This document shows, piece by piece, positions 19,855 to 28,307 of a DNA stretch of 64,000 nt (its first letter is position 1; each line of letters begins with the position of its first letter). A program made the position numbers and the translations under genes. The stretch comes from Planctomycetota bacterium (GTDB lineage: Bacteria; Planctomycetota; GCA-002687715; DRQF01), in the NCBI GenBank assembly GCA_041402125.1, contig JAWKSY010000011.1, forward strand, positions 5,977-69,976, read 5' to 3'. A model generated the notes under the pieces. That model was not told the origin of the DNA, ran no database searches, and saw nothing but the letters and a program-made list of their open reading frames with translations.

Positions 19855-21533
19855 AGGTCCTCATCCGCCCCGCGGCCCTCGTCGTCATCTCCCTCGTCGC
19901 CGCGCTGCGGCTCGGCGCCCAGGCGCCGGCGCCGACCGCTCCCGCCGCGGTCCTCGAGCCCGACTTCCCCGTCGCGACGGTCACGCTCGTCGACCTCGAC
20001 GACGACGGCCGTCGCGAGATGCTCGTCGTCGGGCGCGCGGGCGAGATCCGCGTCCACCGGCTCGGCGCGGACGGCAAGCTCGCGGCCCGCGAGGGCTGGG
20101 CCCTGCCCCACCCCGAGCGCAGCCTCCTGGCCCTCGCCCGGCTCGAGGGCCCGGACTCGCCGCTCCATCTCGTCGTCGCCGACCCCGATGGCGCCCGGGC
20201 CCACGCCTGGTCGTCCGAGAAGGGCCTCGCGGAGGAGGGGCGTCGACTCGCGCGGCGCGCCCGCTTCGACATCCGCGGCGGGCGCCCGGTCTTCGCCGAC
20301 TTCGTGCGCGACGTCAACGCCGACGGACGGGCCGACCTCGTCATTCCCGACGCGCGTCACGTCGAGCTCTGGCTCGCGACCGCCGAGGGCTTCCGTCGGA
20401 CGGCCCAGGTCGAGGTGCGGACGCGGATCTCGGCCGAGTACGAGGCCGAGGGGAACCGCGACTTCCTCTCCCAGGGGATCGTCGTGCCCGATCTCGAGAT
20501 GATGGACGTCAACGGCGACGGCCGCCCCGACCTCGTCGTCAGCCGCCGCGAGAGCACCGGCTTCCACATCCAGACTGCCGACGGCGCGATCCCCGTCGCG
20601 CCCGACGTCACGCTCGAGCTCGATCGCTTCCGCGACACCTCCGAGAAGGCCACCGTCCGGCCCGGCTACACCCTGGCCGGCACCGAGCGCGCGAAGAGCC
20701 TCATCCGCGACCTCGACGGCGACGGCATCCCGGACTACCTCGTCGCCCACCGCCGCAAGGTGTGGATCTTCCACGGCACGAAGGAGGGCCCCCAGTTCAC
20801 GAAGCCGACGGAGATCATGAAGACGGCGGACGAGATGACGGGGATCTGGCTCGCGCGACTCGACGACGACGAGGACGTCGACCTCCTGATCGTGCGCGTC
20901 CAGGTGCCGAGCATCGCCGGCATCATCGGCGGCCTGCTCGGCTCCTTCGAGATCGACTTCACCGCGACCGGTTACGCGAACCTCGACGGCAAGCGCTTCG
21001 AGAAGTCCCCGAGCTGGCGTCGCGACCTCACCTTCAAGCTCCCCTCGATCACCGAGATCCTCCGCAACCCCGAGGCGATCATCCAGCGCTTCGAGGAGGC
21101 CGGGCGGAAGTTCCGGCGCACGCTCCGCGGCGACTTCGACGGTGACGGCCGCGAGGACGTGGGACTCGTCGCCGAGGACGGCGCAAAGCTCGAGGTCTTC
21201 TTCGCCCGCGCCGACGATCCGCCGCCCGCGGCGGAGACGCTCGACGACGTCATGCGCGAGGTCTTCTTCGAGGACGACGACGACGTCTGGGACCTCGATC
21301 GCATGGTGGACTGGCTCGGCTCCCTCGGGGCTCGCCAGGCGGCGCGGCTGACGGCCGGTCGCTCCGCGGATCGGAGCCTCGCGCTGCCCACGCCGGCGGA
21401 GACGCCGCTGCGCCAGGCCCTCGAGGCGGACCTCGACGGCCGCCCCGGACGCGAGATCGTGCTCGTCTACTCCCGCGCCCTGCGCGAGGACGCCGACCTC
21501 GCGCGGATCGAGGTGCACCGCATCACGCGGTAG
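19851..21533 (+). CDS. Secreted FG-GAP/VCBS repeat protein (paralogous architecture)
   Basis: The ATG start overlaps the upstream stop (ATGA). Signal peptide present. Loops DLDDDGRRE, DVNADGRAD, DVNGDGRPD, DLDGDGIPD and DFDGDGRED. Confidence 0.75.
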   Translation: MKVLIRPAALVVISLVAALRLGAQAPAPTAPAAVLEPDFPVATVTLVDLDDDGRREMLVVGRAGEIRVHRLGADGKLAAREGWALPHPERSLLALARLEGPDSPLHLVVADPDGARAHAWSSEKGLAEEGRRLARRARFDIRGGRPVFADFVRDVNADGRADLVIPDARHVELWLATAEGFRRTAQVEVRTRISAEYEAEGNRDFLSQGIVVPDLEMMDVNGDGRPDLVVSRRESTGFHIQTADGAIPVAPDVTLELDRFRDTSEKATVRPGYTLAGTERAKSLIRDLDGDGIPDYLVAHRRKVWIFHGTKEGPQFTKPTEIMKTADEMTGIWLARLDDDEDVDLLIVRVQVPSIAGIIGGLLGSFEIDFTATGYANLDGKRFEKSPSWRRDLTFKLPSITEILRNPEAIIQRFEEAGRKFRRTLRGDFDGDGREDVGLVAEDGAKLEVFFARADDPPPAAETLDDVMREVFFEDDDDVWDLDRMVDWLGSLGARQAARLTAGRSADRSLALPTPAETPLRQALEADLDGRPGREIVLVYSRALREDADLARIEVHRITR

Positions 21534-21583
21534 ATCATCCCGGCCCCTTCGGATGTACGTTCGATGACCGCCGCCGGATGAAG

Positions 21584-21738
21584 GCTAGTACGGTGCCAGT
21601 CACCGGATGAGCATTTCCGGGCGAGTCCGTTCCGCAAGCGGACCCGGTGGAACGGAAATGCTCATCCGGTGACTGGCACCGTACTAGCATTTCGAACCGA
21701 AGGGATGCACATCCGGTGACTGGCACCGTACGTGCATC
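21584..21738. repeat. REPIN-like palindromic repeat cluster, locus A (type 1)
   Basis: Arms of 36 nt at 21584-21619 and 21653-21688 are perfect inverted copies (core GTACGGTGCCAGTCACCGGATG) around a 33-nt structured loop. A third, unpaired core at 21704-21738 is flanked by GATGCAC/GTGCATC. Confidence 0.85.
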
Positions 21739-21949
21739 TCCGGATTTCCCGTAACCGAGAGAATGCGGCCTCGGCGGTCTCCGCTAGCCGGCCCCGCGAC
21801 CGGACTTGCGTCACCGCGGGGAAACCCGGGCCCCGCCGAAATGAATGCCCGTGGGTCGGCACCCGCGACCGTCTACAATCCGCGTGTGTTCAACCGCCGC
21901 CGAACCGCCCGTTCGCGGCACCCCGCAACCCGCGCAGGACAATTCAACC

Positions 21950-23032
21950 ATGCTTCGCAGCCTCCTCGCCGGCGCCCTCGTGGCCGCCGCGACCACCGCG
22001 CTTCCCGCGCAGTCCGTGACCTTCACCGGTGACGCCCAGGCCGACTTCGCCGCGGGCACCGAACTCCTCGACTCGGCCGGCTCTGACGTCGGCGTTCCCG
22101 GCTACCTCGCCGGGTTCACGTCCGGCTGGGACATGCGCGCCATGCACGTCTCCTACGACCTCGCGACCGACACGCTCTTCGTGGGCCTCGACTCGCGCGG
22201 CGTCATGGGAGACGCGGACGGCGACGGCGACCCGAGCGCGACGAGCCTCCCGCTGCTGCTGAACGGCGGCACCGACGCTCCCGACCTCTCGCTCACCGAG
22301 ACGGCGTCGATCTCCTTCGACTTCGACGGCAACGGGACCTACGACGTCGTCGCGGGCATCTCGGCCCTCGATGCGATCCCGACGCTCCGCGTGGCCACCT
22401 ACAACGGTCCGGCCTCGGCGCCCGGCTTCTCCTTCGACATGGATCTCCCGATGCACGTCGGCGCGATCTTCGCCTCGCCGAGCGCGGCGCAGCCTGACCT
22501 CGAGTTCACCGTGGTGGGCTTCTCCGCCCTCGTCGCCGGCTACAACGGCGCGTCGACCGTGACCATGAACCTGATGGCCAACGCGGGCTCGCTCGTCGAC
22601 GGCGGCATCGGCGAGGACTTCGTTTTCGGCCAGTTCACGATCACGACCGACGACGGCGGTCCGCTCGAGGGCTGCACGCCCGGCTACTGGAAGAACCACC
22701 ACCCGGCCTGGGCCCCGACCGGCCTCGCCCCGACGATGCTCGTGAGCGACGTCTTCGCCTCGGACGTCCTCGATGACCTCGGGATCTCGATGTGGACCCT
22801 CGACCAGGCGCTCCAGGGCGGCGGCGGGCCGAAGCTCTTCGGCGCGGCCAAGATCCTGATGCGGGCGGCGACGGCGGGTGCGCTCAACGCGCTCCACCCC
22901 GACATCAACTACCCGCGCGCCTACGCCGACCTCGTGTCCGACGTCCTCGCGGCCCTCGCCACCGAGGATCGCGCGACGATCATCGCCCTCGCGGCCGAGA
23001 TCGACGACGACAACAACCTCGGCTGCGACTGA
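21950..23032 (+). CDS. Secreted hypothetical protein
   Basis: ATG at 21950 followed by a signal peptide (MLRSLLAGALVAAATTALPAQS). Asp/Gly-rich N-terminal half. The C-terminal part contains GCTPGYWKNHHPAW and ends ...NNLGCD. The upstream part of track ORF 21845.. is not supported. Confidence 0.7.
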   Translation: MLRSLLAGALVAAATTALPAQSVTFTGDAQADFAAGTELLDSAGSDVGVPGYLAGFTSGWDMRAMHVSYDLATDTLFVGLDSRGVMGDADGDGDPSATSLPLLLNGGTDAPDLSLTETASISFDFDGNGTYDVVAGISALDAIPTLRVATYNGPASAPGFSFDMDLPMHVGAIFASPSAAQPDLEFTVVGFSALVAGYNGASTVTMNLMANAGSLVDGGIGEDFVFGQFTITTDDGGPLEGCTPGYWKNHHPAWAPTGLAPTMLVSDVFASDVLDDLGISMWTLDQALQGGGGPKLFGAAKILMRAATAGALNALHPDINYPRAYADLVSDVLAALATEDRATIIALAAEIDDDNNLGCD

Positions 23033-23100
23033 TCGCGGACGGATCGTCTTCGGAAACCCCGGAGGGGGGGCGCGACCTCGTCCGCTCTTCGTTCGGAGGC

Positions 23101-23274
23101 GGCCCGTCACCGGATGAATGCTCAGTACGGTGCCCGTCACCGGATGAGCATTCCGGACGAGTCCGTTCCGCAAGCGGACGCGGTGGAACGGAAATGCTCA
23201 TCCGGTGACGGGCACCGTACTAGCATTTCGGACCGAGAGGATGCACATCCGGTGACGGGCACCGTACGTGCATC
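23101..23274. repeat. REPIN-like palindromic repeat cluster, locus B (type 1)
   Basis: Same architecture as locus A and about 93% identical over about 155 nt by eye. It has a partial core at 23101-23123, inverted arms at 23124-23156 and 23188-23224, and a trailing core at 23240-23274. The core variant is GCCCGTC/GACGGGC. Confidence 0.85.
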
Positions 23275-23420
23275 TTCCCCGCGCGAGGAAGCCCCGATCC
23301 GGACGTGATGAGAGGCGAAGCACGGCCCTCGGCGGCCCCGTCTCCACTCCCCGCCCCGAAATCCTCCCCGCCTGTTAGATTGTCGCCCGGTTCCTCCGCC
23401 TCATCTGCGACGAGATCCCC

Positions 23421-24566
23421 ATGACCCGACTCGCCTCGATCGTCCTCGCCCTCGCCGCCCTCGGCGTCGTGGGCTGCGAGGACGCGGAACGCCTGACGGC
23501 CGGCCAGCCCCCCCTGAAGATCGACGCCTCGAAACGCAAGCCCGCGCCCACGGCGGCGAGCGGGGCCGACCTCTACGCCCTGCACTGCGCGCGCTGCCAC
23601 GGCGTCGAGGGCGACGGCAAGGGCACCGAGAAGCTCGCGACGCCCGCGCGCGACTTCAAGGCGGGAGGCTTCGCCTTCGGCAACACCCGCGACGCGCTCT
23701 TCAAGACGATCGGCCGCGGTATCGCCGGGAAGGAGATGCCCGCCTTCCGGGACGTCATGACCGACGCCGAACGGTGGCGACTGATCGACCACCTGCTGAC
23801 GCTCATGCCCAAGCAGACCGAGAGCGACGCGCGGGCGCGCGTCCTCGAGCCGACCGACCGTCCGCTGATCGCGCGCGGCGCGCTCTACGACGGCGGCAAC
23901 GAGACCGCGCGATTCCCCCGCGGCCTCCTGATCGGCTACCCGATCGGCATGAGCTTCGAGTACCGCGTCGACGATCCCCGCCTGCTCAAGGTCCGCGAGG
24001 GCGGCTTCGTCGACCGCGCCGACTGGGACGGTCGCGGCGGCGCCCGCCTCGAACCGCTCGGCCGCGAGGTCTACGCGATCGCGGACGGCGATCCGCCGCG
24101 CCTCTTCATCACCGCCGCGGGCGCCGCGCTCCCCGGCCACTACGAGGGCGTCCGGACCGAGAAGGACCGCGCGGTCCTCTCCTACCGCCTCGAGGGAGGC
24201 ACCGGAGTGAAGGAGTGGAACGAGGTCGTGCCGACGCGCTTCGGCAGCGGCTTCCGTCGCTGCTTCGAGGTCACGGCGGAGGGCAAGGACCTCGCGCTCG
24301 AGCTCGAGGCCGCCGACCCCAAGGCGCGCTTCCTCGCCGAGGAGCTCCCCGCGGGCTGGATCGTGCGCACCCGCGAGGGACGGACCCTCGCCCTGAAGAT
24401 CGCGGCCACCGCGGCGATCCGCACCGTTCCCGGCGAGGACGGATCGCTCCGCCTCGTCTTCCCGCCGTCGCGCGGCGCGACGACGCGCGTGACCGTGTCC
24501 TGCTTCGCGCTCGAGTCGGCCACGAAGGCCGTGCTCGACGTCATCGACGAACAGATCGGAGGCTGA
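23421..24566 (+). CDS. Lipoprotein with an N-terminal c-type cytochrome domain
   Basis: Lipobox VVGC. Heme motif CARCH, then GKEMPAF (Met ligand region). The C-terminal region of about 250 aa has no family I recognise. Confidence 0.7.
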   Translation: MTRLASIVLALAALGVVGCEDAERLTAGQPPLKIDASKRKPAPTAASGADLYALHCARCHGVEGDGKGTEKLATPARDFKAGGFAFGNTRDALFKTIGRGIAGKEMPAFRDVMTDAERWRLIDHLLTLMPKQTESDARARVLEPTDRPLIARGALYDGGNETARFPRGLLIGYPIGMSFEYRVDDPRLLKVREGGFVDRADWDGRGGARLEPLGREVYAIADGDPPRLFITAAGAALPGHYEGVRTEKDRAVLSYRLEGGTGVKEWNEVVPTRFGSGFRRCFEVTAEGKDLALELEAADPKARFLAEELPAGWIVRTREGRTLALKIAATAAIRTVPGEDGSLRLVFPPSRGATTRVTVSCFALESATKAVLDVIDEQIGG

Positions 24567-24570
24567 GACG

Positions 24571-27291
24571 ATGTCCGGCGCCCACCGCACCCTCGCCCTC
24601 GCGGCGATCCTGCTCGGCCTCGCCCTCCCCCTCGCCGCCCAGTCGACGGTGGACGAGGAGGCGCGTTCCTACCGCCTCGAGGAGATCCCGAATCCCCCGG
24701 GCGCGCTCCTCGAGGTCGGCGGTCTCGACTTCCTCTCGGACGGCCGCCTCGTCGTGAGCACGCGGCGCGGCCAGGTCTGGATCGCGACCGGCGTCCTCGG
24801 CAACGACCTGTCCAAGGTGAACTGGTCCCTGTTCGCGGAGGGACTCCAGGACTGCCTCGGCCTGCGGGTGGTCGACGACCGGATCTACGTCGTCCAGCGC
24901 GCCGAGCTCACCGAGCTCGAGGACCGCGATCGGGACGGCCGTTGCGACGGCTTCCGCTGCGTCACCGACGGCTGGGGCGTCAGCGGCAACTACCACGAGT
25001 TCGCCTTCGGCCTCCCGACCGACGACGAGGGCAACTTCTACGTGAGCCTCAACGTCGCCTTCTGGGGCGCGACCTGGTGGCTCGGACGCTCGCCCGTCCC
25101 CTACCGCGGCTGGGTTCTCCGCGTCTCGCCGAAGGGCGAGGTCACGCCCGTCGCGTCGGGCTTCCGCAGCCCCTGCGGCGTCGCCCGGAACTCGGCCGGC
25201 GACATCTTCGTCACCGACAACCAGGGGGACTGGCTGCCCGCCTGCCCGATCCACCACGTGGTGGACGGCGCCTTCTACGGCCACCCCGCGAGCCTCGACT
25301 GGCGCGAGGACTTCCGCGCCGCCGGCCGCCACGCGAGCGACACCTTCCCGCCCGACATCCCGCGCAAGCGCGCCGCCTGCTGGATCCCTTACTCCTGGTC
25401 GCGCTCCACCGGCAACCTCCAGGCCGATCGCACCGGCGGGAAGTTCGGACCCTTCGAGGAGCAGCTCTTCGTGGCCGAGCTCACGAACGGCTACCTCCTG
25501 CGCGCCGACCTCGAGAAGGTGCGCGGCGAGTACCAGGGCGCCATCCTCAAGTTCCACTCGAAGGTCGGCTCGGCGGTGCGGACGCGCTTCGCGCCCGACG
25601 GCAGCCTCTTCGTCGGACGCACCGCCCGCGGCTGGGGCGGCCAGGCGCCGAACGACGGCGTCTGCCGCCTCCGCCCCACCGGACGGACGCCGGTCGAGAT
25701 GCAGAAGATCTCGCTGACGGACACCGGCTTCAAGATCACCTTCACGCAGCCGATCGATCCCGCGACGCTGCCGGCGCCCGAGGCGATCGAGGCCACCGAG
25801 TACGACTACAACTACTGGTGGCGGTACGGCTCGCCGGAGCAGCGCGCCCGGCGACTCGAGGTCTTCGGAACCGACCTCTCCGAGGGCGGCCGCCAGCTCA
25901 TCGTGGGGCTGCGCGGTCTGCAGGCGGGCAAGGTCGTCCGGCTCCGCATTCCGGGCGTGAAGACCCCGGACGGCTCGGTCCTCGTGCACGACGAGTTCGC
26001 CTACACGATCAACCAGCTCCGGACGGGCCCCGTCTTCGAGGGCAACGTGGCGAAGAAGGTCGCGCCGCCCCGCCAGATGGAGAACTCGAACGAGGGACGG
26101 ATCATGTGCGCCAACGGGCGCGCGCTCGACTCCTTCGTCGACCCGCGCGGCTGGCGCCTCGGCGACGTCGAGCCGGACGGGGCCAAGGGCAAGAAGGAGT
26201 TCGTCTTCAAGGAGGTGGACCCCGGCGACCGTGATCCTTCGAGCCTCGTCCTCGACCTGACGAACGCGGGAGCGACCGACGTCGCGCCGCTCGAGACGCG
26301 CTATCACTTCGGGGACTGCGCGGGCACGATCTGGTTCCGGCTCCCGGCCGGCGGGAAGGCCCGATTCTTCCTCCAGGGTCGCTACGGCATCACCCTCGCC
26401 GATCAGGCACCGGTGCCCGGAGGTGATCCCCGCGCGACGATGGGCGCGATCCTGCCCGGCGCCGACTGGACCGCGCCGCTGCCGGCGCTGAACGGCAACC
26501 GCGGCGCCGATAACTGGCACTGGGTGTCCTACTACTTCGACGCGCCCCGCTTCGACGCCGCCGGGAACAAGGTGGCCGACGCGCGCCTGAAGCGGCTCCT
26601 CATGAACGACGTCCTCCTCTACGAGAACGTGCGTCTGCCCGGACCGTCCGCCGACGCTCCCTACCGGGACGAGGTCGCGGAGGGCCCGCTCGTCCTCCTC
26701 GGCGATCTCGGCCCCGTCGCCTACCGCTCGATCGACATCCAGCGTGAGAACGTCGTGCCGGACGAGGAGGGCTGGACGCGGATCTTCGACGGCAAGACGC
26801 TCGACGGTTGGCGGGCCTCGGAGAAGGGCGACTGGAAGGTCGAGGACGGCGTGATCGTCGGCCGCGGCAACCGCAGCCACCTCTTCAGCCCGCGCGGCGA
26901 CTACCGCGACTTCGAGGTGCGCGGCTGGTTCAAGATCAACGACAAGGGCAACTCGGGCCTCTACGTCCGCGCCGCCTACGGCGAGGGCTGGCCCGAGGGC
27001 TACGAGGCGCAGATCAACAGCACCTTCTCCGATCCGGTGAAGACGGGCTCGCTGTACCACCACGCCTTCGTGAAGGCGACGCTGGTCCCGCCCGGCGTCT
27101 GGTTCAAGTACCAGGTCCGCATCCGGGAGGTGGACGGGGGCACGCGGATCCAGATCCGCGTCAACGACGTGCTGACGACCGACTTCGTCGACACCGAGCG
27201 CAAGCACGCGAGCGGCCACGTCGCGATCCAGCAGCACGACCCCGGAGGCGAGGTGCGGATCCGCGACCTCGAGGTGCGCGAACGCCGCTGA
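24571..27291 (+). CDS. Secreted beta-propeller (glucose/sorbosone dehydrogenase-like) protein with DUF1080 (LamG-like) C-terminal domains
   Basis: Signal peptide. Propeller-like N-terminal half (GLDFLSDGRLVVSTRRGQVWI, DNQGDW). The C-terminal part WTRIFDGKTLDGW...GNSGLYVR...HVAIQQHDPGGEVRIRDLEV is typical of DUF1080. Confidence 0.6.
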   Translation: MSGAHRTLALAAILLGLALPLAAQSTVDEEARSYRLEEIPNPPGALLEVGGLDFLSDGRLVVSTRRGQVWIATGVLGNDLSKVNWSLFAEGLQDCLGLRVVDDRIYVVQRAELTELEDRDRDGRCDGFRCVTDGWGVSGNYHEFAFGLPTDDEGNFYVSLNVAFWGATWWLGRSPVPYRGWVLRVSPKGEVTPVASGFRSPCGVARNSAGDIFVTDNQGDWLPACPIHHVVDGAFYGHPASLDWREDFRAAGRHASDTFPPDIPRKRAACWIPYSWSRSTGNLQADRTGGKFGPFEEQLFVAELTNGYLLRADLEKVRGEYQGAILKFHSKVGSAVRTRFAPDGSLFVGRTARGWGGQAPNDGVCRLRPTGRTPVEMQKISLTDTGFKITFTQPIDPATLPAPEAIEATEYDYNYWWRYGSPEQRARRLEVFGTDLSEGGRQLIVGLRGLQAGKVVRLRIPGVKTPDGSVLVHDEFAYTINQLRTGPVFEGNVAKKVAPPRQMENSNEGRIMCANGRALDSFVDPRGWRLGDVEPDGAKGKKEFVFKEVDPGDRDPSSLVLDLTNAGATDVAPLETRYHFGDCAGTIWFRLPAGGKARFFLQGRYGITLADQAPVPGGDPRATMGAILPGADWTAPLPALNGNRGADNWHWVSYYFDAPRFDAAGNKVADARLKRLLMNDVLLYENVRLPGPSADAPYRDEVAEGPLVLLGDLGPVAYRSIDIQRENVVPDEEGWTRIFDGKTLDGWRASEKGDWKVEDGVIVGRGNRSHLFSPRGDYRDFEVRGWFKINDKGNSGLYVRAAYGEGWPEGYEAQINSTFSDPVKTGSLYHHAFVKATLVPPGVWFKYQVRIREVDGGTRIQIRVNDVLTTDFVDTERKHASGHVAIQQHDPGGEVRIRDLEVRERR

Positions 27292-27319
27292 CCGCGCGGA
27301 GATCCCGCGGATCGAGAAC

Positions 27320-27347
27320 GGGCGACGACTCCTCGGAGTCGTCGCCC
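27320..27347. terminator. GC-rich hairpin between convergent genes (bidirectional terminator-like)
   Basis: GGGCGACGACTC-ctcg-GAGTCGTCGCCC, a 12-bp perfect stem. It lies 29 nt after the stop at 27291 and 23 nt beyond the stop at 27370. There is no clear U-tract. Confidence 0.5.
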
Positions 27348-27369
27348 GCTTCCGTTCATCGCCGGCCTT

Positions 27370-27783
27370 TCACTCGAAGACGTCGGCGAGCCCTTCCCCG
27401 TCGCGCCCGACGAACCAATCGCGCGTCGCCCGGCGGCTCCAGAAGATCAGCAGCGGCACCGCCGGCAGGGCGGTGACCAGGCCACCGCAGGTGAGACTGA
27501 GCGCGATCAGGACGATGCCGCCGATCCAACCGGCGCGACGGCGCGGCAGGACGAGACCGATCGCCCAGACCAGCGACAGTCCCAGGGAGGCGATCGAGAC
27601 GAAGACGGAGAGACCGTCGAGCTCGTCGACGTCCTCGTCGAGCCCCAGGAGGGAAGCGGCCAGCCAGACCCCGACGACGACGAACCCGACGACGTGGAGC
27701 AGGCAGAAGCCCGCGAACCACCAGACGACGGCGGGTCTCCTCCCCTGTCGCCTCGCGAGGATGAGGCCGCCCCGCTCCGTCAC
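27370..27783 (-). CDS. Small 4-TM membrane protein (downstream paralog)
   Basis: The GTG start overlaps the upstream paralog's stop (GTGA). The C-terminus ...LLIFWSRRATRDWFVGRDGEGLADVFE parallels the neighbour's ...LFIYWIRPECRDWFSGRSERQMIEVFE. Confidence 0.6.
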   Translation of the reverse strand: MTERGGLILARRQGRRPAVVWWFAGFCLLHVVGFVVVGVWLAASLLGLDEDVDELDGLSVFVSIASLGLSLVWAIGLVLPRRRAGWIGGIVLIALSLTCGGLVTALPAVPLLIFWSRRATRDWFVGRDGEGLADVFE

Positions 27784-28178
27784 TCGAAGACCTCGATCAT
27801 CTGTCGCTCGGAGCGACCGGAGAACCAATCCCGACACTCCGGCCGGATCCAGTAGATGAAGAGCGGGATCGAGAAGGGAAGGCAGAAGAAGCAGGAGCAG
27901 AGGGTCGAGATCGCGAACTGGATGATGCCGAAGGTCCAGGTTCCCCGAGAGCGACGCAGGAAGGGCCCGACCCCGAGGAAGACGGCGCTCGCGAATTGCA
28001 CCGAGGAACTGATGATGATCTCCACCGGTCGGGGGTCGTCGCTCGGCCGCGGTGCCATGAAGACGCCGACGAAATACAGAGCCAACACGCCGAGGGAGAG
28101 CGCGGCTCCGACGAAGCAGTACACGATCCACCAGGTGACCACGCCGGGACGGCCTTCGGTCGAGGTCCTGATGATCAT
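27780..28178 (-). CDS. Small 4-TM membrane protein (upstream paralog, visibly lower GC)
   Basis: ATG-initiated 132-aa ORF with four hydrophobic segments and a Cys-rich TM3 (STLCSCFFCLPF). It shares the C-terminal RDWF-x-GR...VFE motif with 27370..27783. Confidence 0.6.
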   Translation of the reverse strand: MIIRTSTEGRPGVVTWWIVYCFVGAALSLGVLALYFVGVFMAPRPSDDPRPVEIIISSSVQFASAVFLGVGPFLRRSRGTWTFGIIQFAISTLCSCFFCLPFSIPLFIYWIRPECRDWFSGRSERQMIEVFE

Positions 28179-28307
28179 CTCCGCCCTCCTCCCGCGCGGC
28201 CCATTCTCGGGCCGGCCCCCCGGGGGTCAAGCCGGCGGAATTCCGCCCCGCGGGAGGTTTCGCCCTCCCGGCGCGTCGTCCGGGCGAAACCGCGACCGGA
28301 GGACCCC

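Noticed and set aside
21535-21862. Small ORFs crossing the repeat loci (for example 21535..21726, 23114..23308, 38094..38285, 42297..42539), which share peptide strings such as VPVTGCAS and CPSPD
   Set aside because: The shared peptides are a by-product of translating the same DNA repeat on both strands. There are no RBS sites, no consistent frame or strand, and the coding statistics are poor.
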